Assembly (NCBI RefSeq): GCF_963921235.1
Contig: NC_086097.1
Coordinates: forward strand, 244,468,001-244,532,000
Direction of reading: 5' to 3'
DNA length: 64,000 nucleotides
Source of the DNA: Mobula hypostoma
Lineage: Eukaryota
Part shown: positions 62,192 to 64,000 of the stretch, piece by piece
Layout of the letters: every line of letters begins with the position of its first letter
Position numbering within the stretch: position 1 is the first letter of the stretch
The notes under the pieces: model-generated
Databases searched by the model: none
Told to the model about the DNA's origin: nothing
Seen by the model: only the letters and a program-made list of their open reading frames with translations
Program-made: the position numbers and the translations under genes

Positions 62192-63571
62192 AATGTATCT
62201 GCTCTATTTCCTTTTCAGCATACATATTCTTTCTTAGGTAGAGATAAACACTATACTCTATAGTGCATTCTCACCAAGGACCTAAGTAATAAATATGCAG
62301 CAAAGACACATTTGCTCCTGCACTCAAAACCTCGTGATAAGGGCCAACACACCATCTGCCTTGCTGATTGTTACACCTGCATGTTGGCTTTTGGTAACTT
62401 AAGCACAAGACCATAAGGCTTATCCCAGAACATCAACTTTATCCAATGTCTCACTCTGCTTTTCTCTTCTCTGGAGTCAAAGAGAATTCTTTTAAAAACA
62501 TCATATTGCACCTGCAAAGCGTCTGTACCATAATGAATTAAAAACATTATAATCAATAAAAGTTAATTTCTTGCTTCTCCAAATTCCTACGTGATCCAAG
62601 TAGTCTGAAATTATATTTGTGTTCAGCTTCAAGCAGCCTATCATAAATAAGAAAAATTCTGAGGAAAGAACACTTCTGAAAAATTTGTTGTCCAGTGTTA
62701 TCTATATCCGCAAGTCTGCTGGAGGCTGGAGGCCGAAGGCCGAAAACGGTCTGTCCACAGGATGTTTGTCTGGTCTGTGTGTGCAGGTGAGTTGGTGGGA
62801 GAGAGGACCTGGACTTGTTTTGCTGTTGTTGCTTGTGTTGTCTGTGAACATGATGGACATGCTATGTTGGCACCAAATGCATGACGGTACCTGCAGGCTG
62901 TCCCCAGTACATCCTCAGGTTGCGTGTTGTGTTGTGTTGCATCATTCTTGATGCATTTCACTGTATGTTTCAACGTACATATGAATCTGAGTCCTTGTAA
63001 ATGCTTTGTAATTTCCTCCCAATTCAAAAATTTATGTCAAGTAAGCAGGGAAATATAACACGTGATCCAATAAATTCATTGATTAAGACTACAAAAAGCT
63101 GCAAATTCCTCTGGTACCCCTTGACACCCCAAGCACAATTTTATTCCCACCTCAGTTTCCTGTTTGATAACTAAATTCTCAACCCACTTCAATACAATTT
63201 GCTCTGATCTCATTGACCAGCTCCTTGCATGAGGCCTCTTGAAAGCTTGATTAAAATTATAATAGTGGATTCTGGTTAATCAGGGCAGATGCTTATTTGG
63301 TCCAACTCTTAAAGAACAGAAACTAATCAGGGAAATAGCTGGGATTCCCTTTGTTTACTTGGGACACTATGCTGCTTAAAAGAGATAGGAGACTGTTTCT
63401 GAATAGTTTCTAACTAGTGTTAGTCGTATGTACTTGTGTGGCCCTTAAACACCACACCATACTTAGAGCAAACAGTTTTTAAATAGCGTCAGTTGCATGT
63501 ATTTGTGTTTAAAACGCTGTGGCTTTTGTCACTGATAATTGGCGAGAAATAAGCATAAAGACAATTTGGAA

Positions 63572-64000
63572 ACGCAAACATGAGGAAATCTGCAGATGCT
63601 GGAATTTCAAGCAACACACATAAAAGTTGCTGGTGAACGCAGCAGGCCAGGCAGCATCTCTAGGAAGAGGTACAGACAATGTTTCGGGCCGAGACCCTTC
63701 GTCAGGACTAACTGAAAGAAGAGCTAGTAAGGGATTTGAAAGTGGGAGGGGGAACATTGACTTCTCAAACTTCCGCTAATGCCCCACCTCCCCCTTGTAC
63801 CCCATCTGTTATTTATTTTTACACACATTATTTTTCTCTCTCTCCTTTTTCTCCCTCTGTCCCTCTGACTATACCCCTTGCCCATCCTTTGGGCTCCCCC
63901 CCCCCCGCCTTTCTTTCTCCCTAGGCCTCCTGTCCCATGATCCTCTCATATCCCTTTTGCCAATCAACTGTCCAGCTCTTGGCTCCATCCCTCCCCCTCC
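63572..64000. mobile_element. Penelope-like element: inverted terminal repeat then 3' region (runs off the window)
   Basis: 63572-63750 is the reverse complement of 7575-7720 plus tail; the remainder resembles 50030-50250 and 7490-7545. Confidence 0.78.
63674..63709 (-). ncRNA. Minimal hammerhead motif in an inverted Penelope terminal repeat (core intact, stems I and III mutated)
   Basis: Minus strand AGTC-CTGACGA-A-GGGTCTCGGCCC-GAAA-CATT-GTCT. Confidence 0.65.

Noticed and set aside
61400..63570. Search for the next upstream PDCD6IP exon
   Set aside because: I found no segment translating to the expected LASLNLPAAIED...ELLQRNREIL-like sequence; it is presumably outside the window.

Overview
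Repeat-dense vertebrate genomic DNA, most likely from a cartilaginous fish (shark/ray-type CR1, Rex/L2, V-SINE and Penelope repeats; taxon is inferred). The only host gene I can support is the 3' half of PDCD6IP (ALIX) on the minus strand. It has 8 coding exons between 61353 and 38054, all with AG/GT boundaries and consistent phases, encoding 412 aa (V domain plus proline-rich tail); the 5' exons lie beyond the window. Most of the rest is nested transposon debris: CR1 LINEs (one with an uninterrupted 531-aa RT ORF), an L1-type LINE with a 12-bp TSD, Rex/L2-like LINEs, Tc1, Tigger/pogo and hAT-MITE DNA elements, tRNA-SINEs, a Gypsy fragment and Penelope-like elements. The most notable signal is about ten minimal type I hammerhead-ribozyme motifs (intact or decayed) in Penelope terminal repeats. 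These include a 306-bp non-coding insertion (22032-22337, 13-bp TSD) with two hammerheads 91 nt apart (retrozyme-like), and core-intact hammerheads in the sense direction of PDCD6IP introns. Also noted: two LINE copies with A-to-G hypermutation-like patterns, a large hairpin inside a Tigger derivative, and an unidentified non-repetitive island near 27-28.7 kb. Repeat boundaries without a stated TSD or TIR are approximate.
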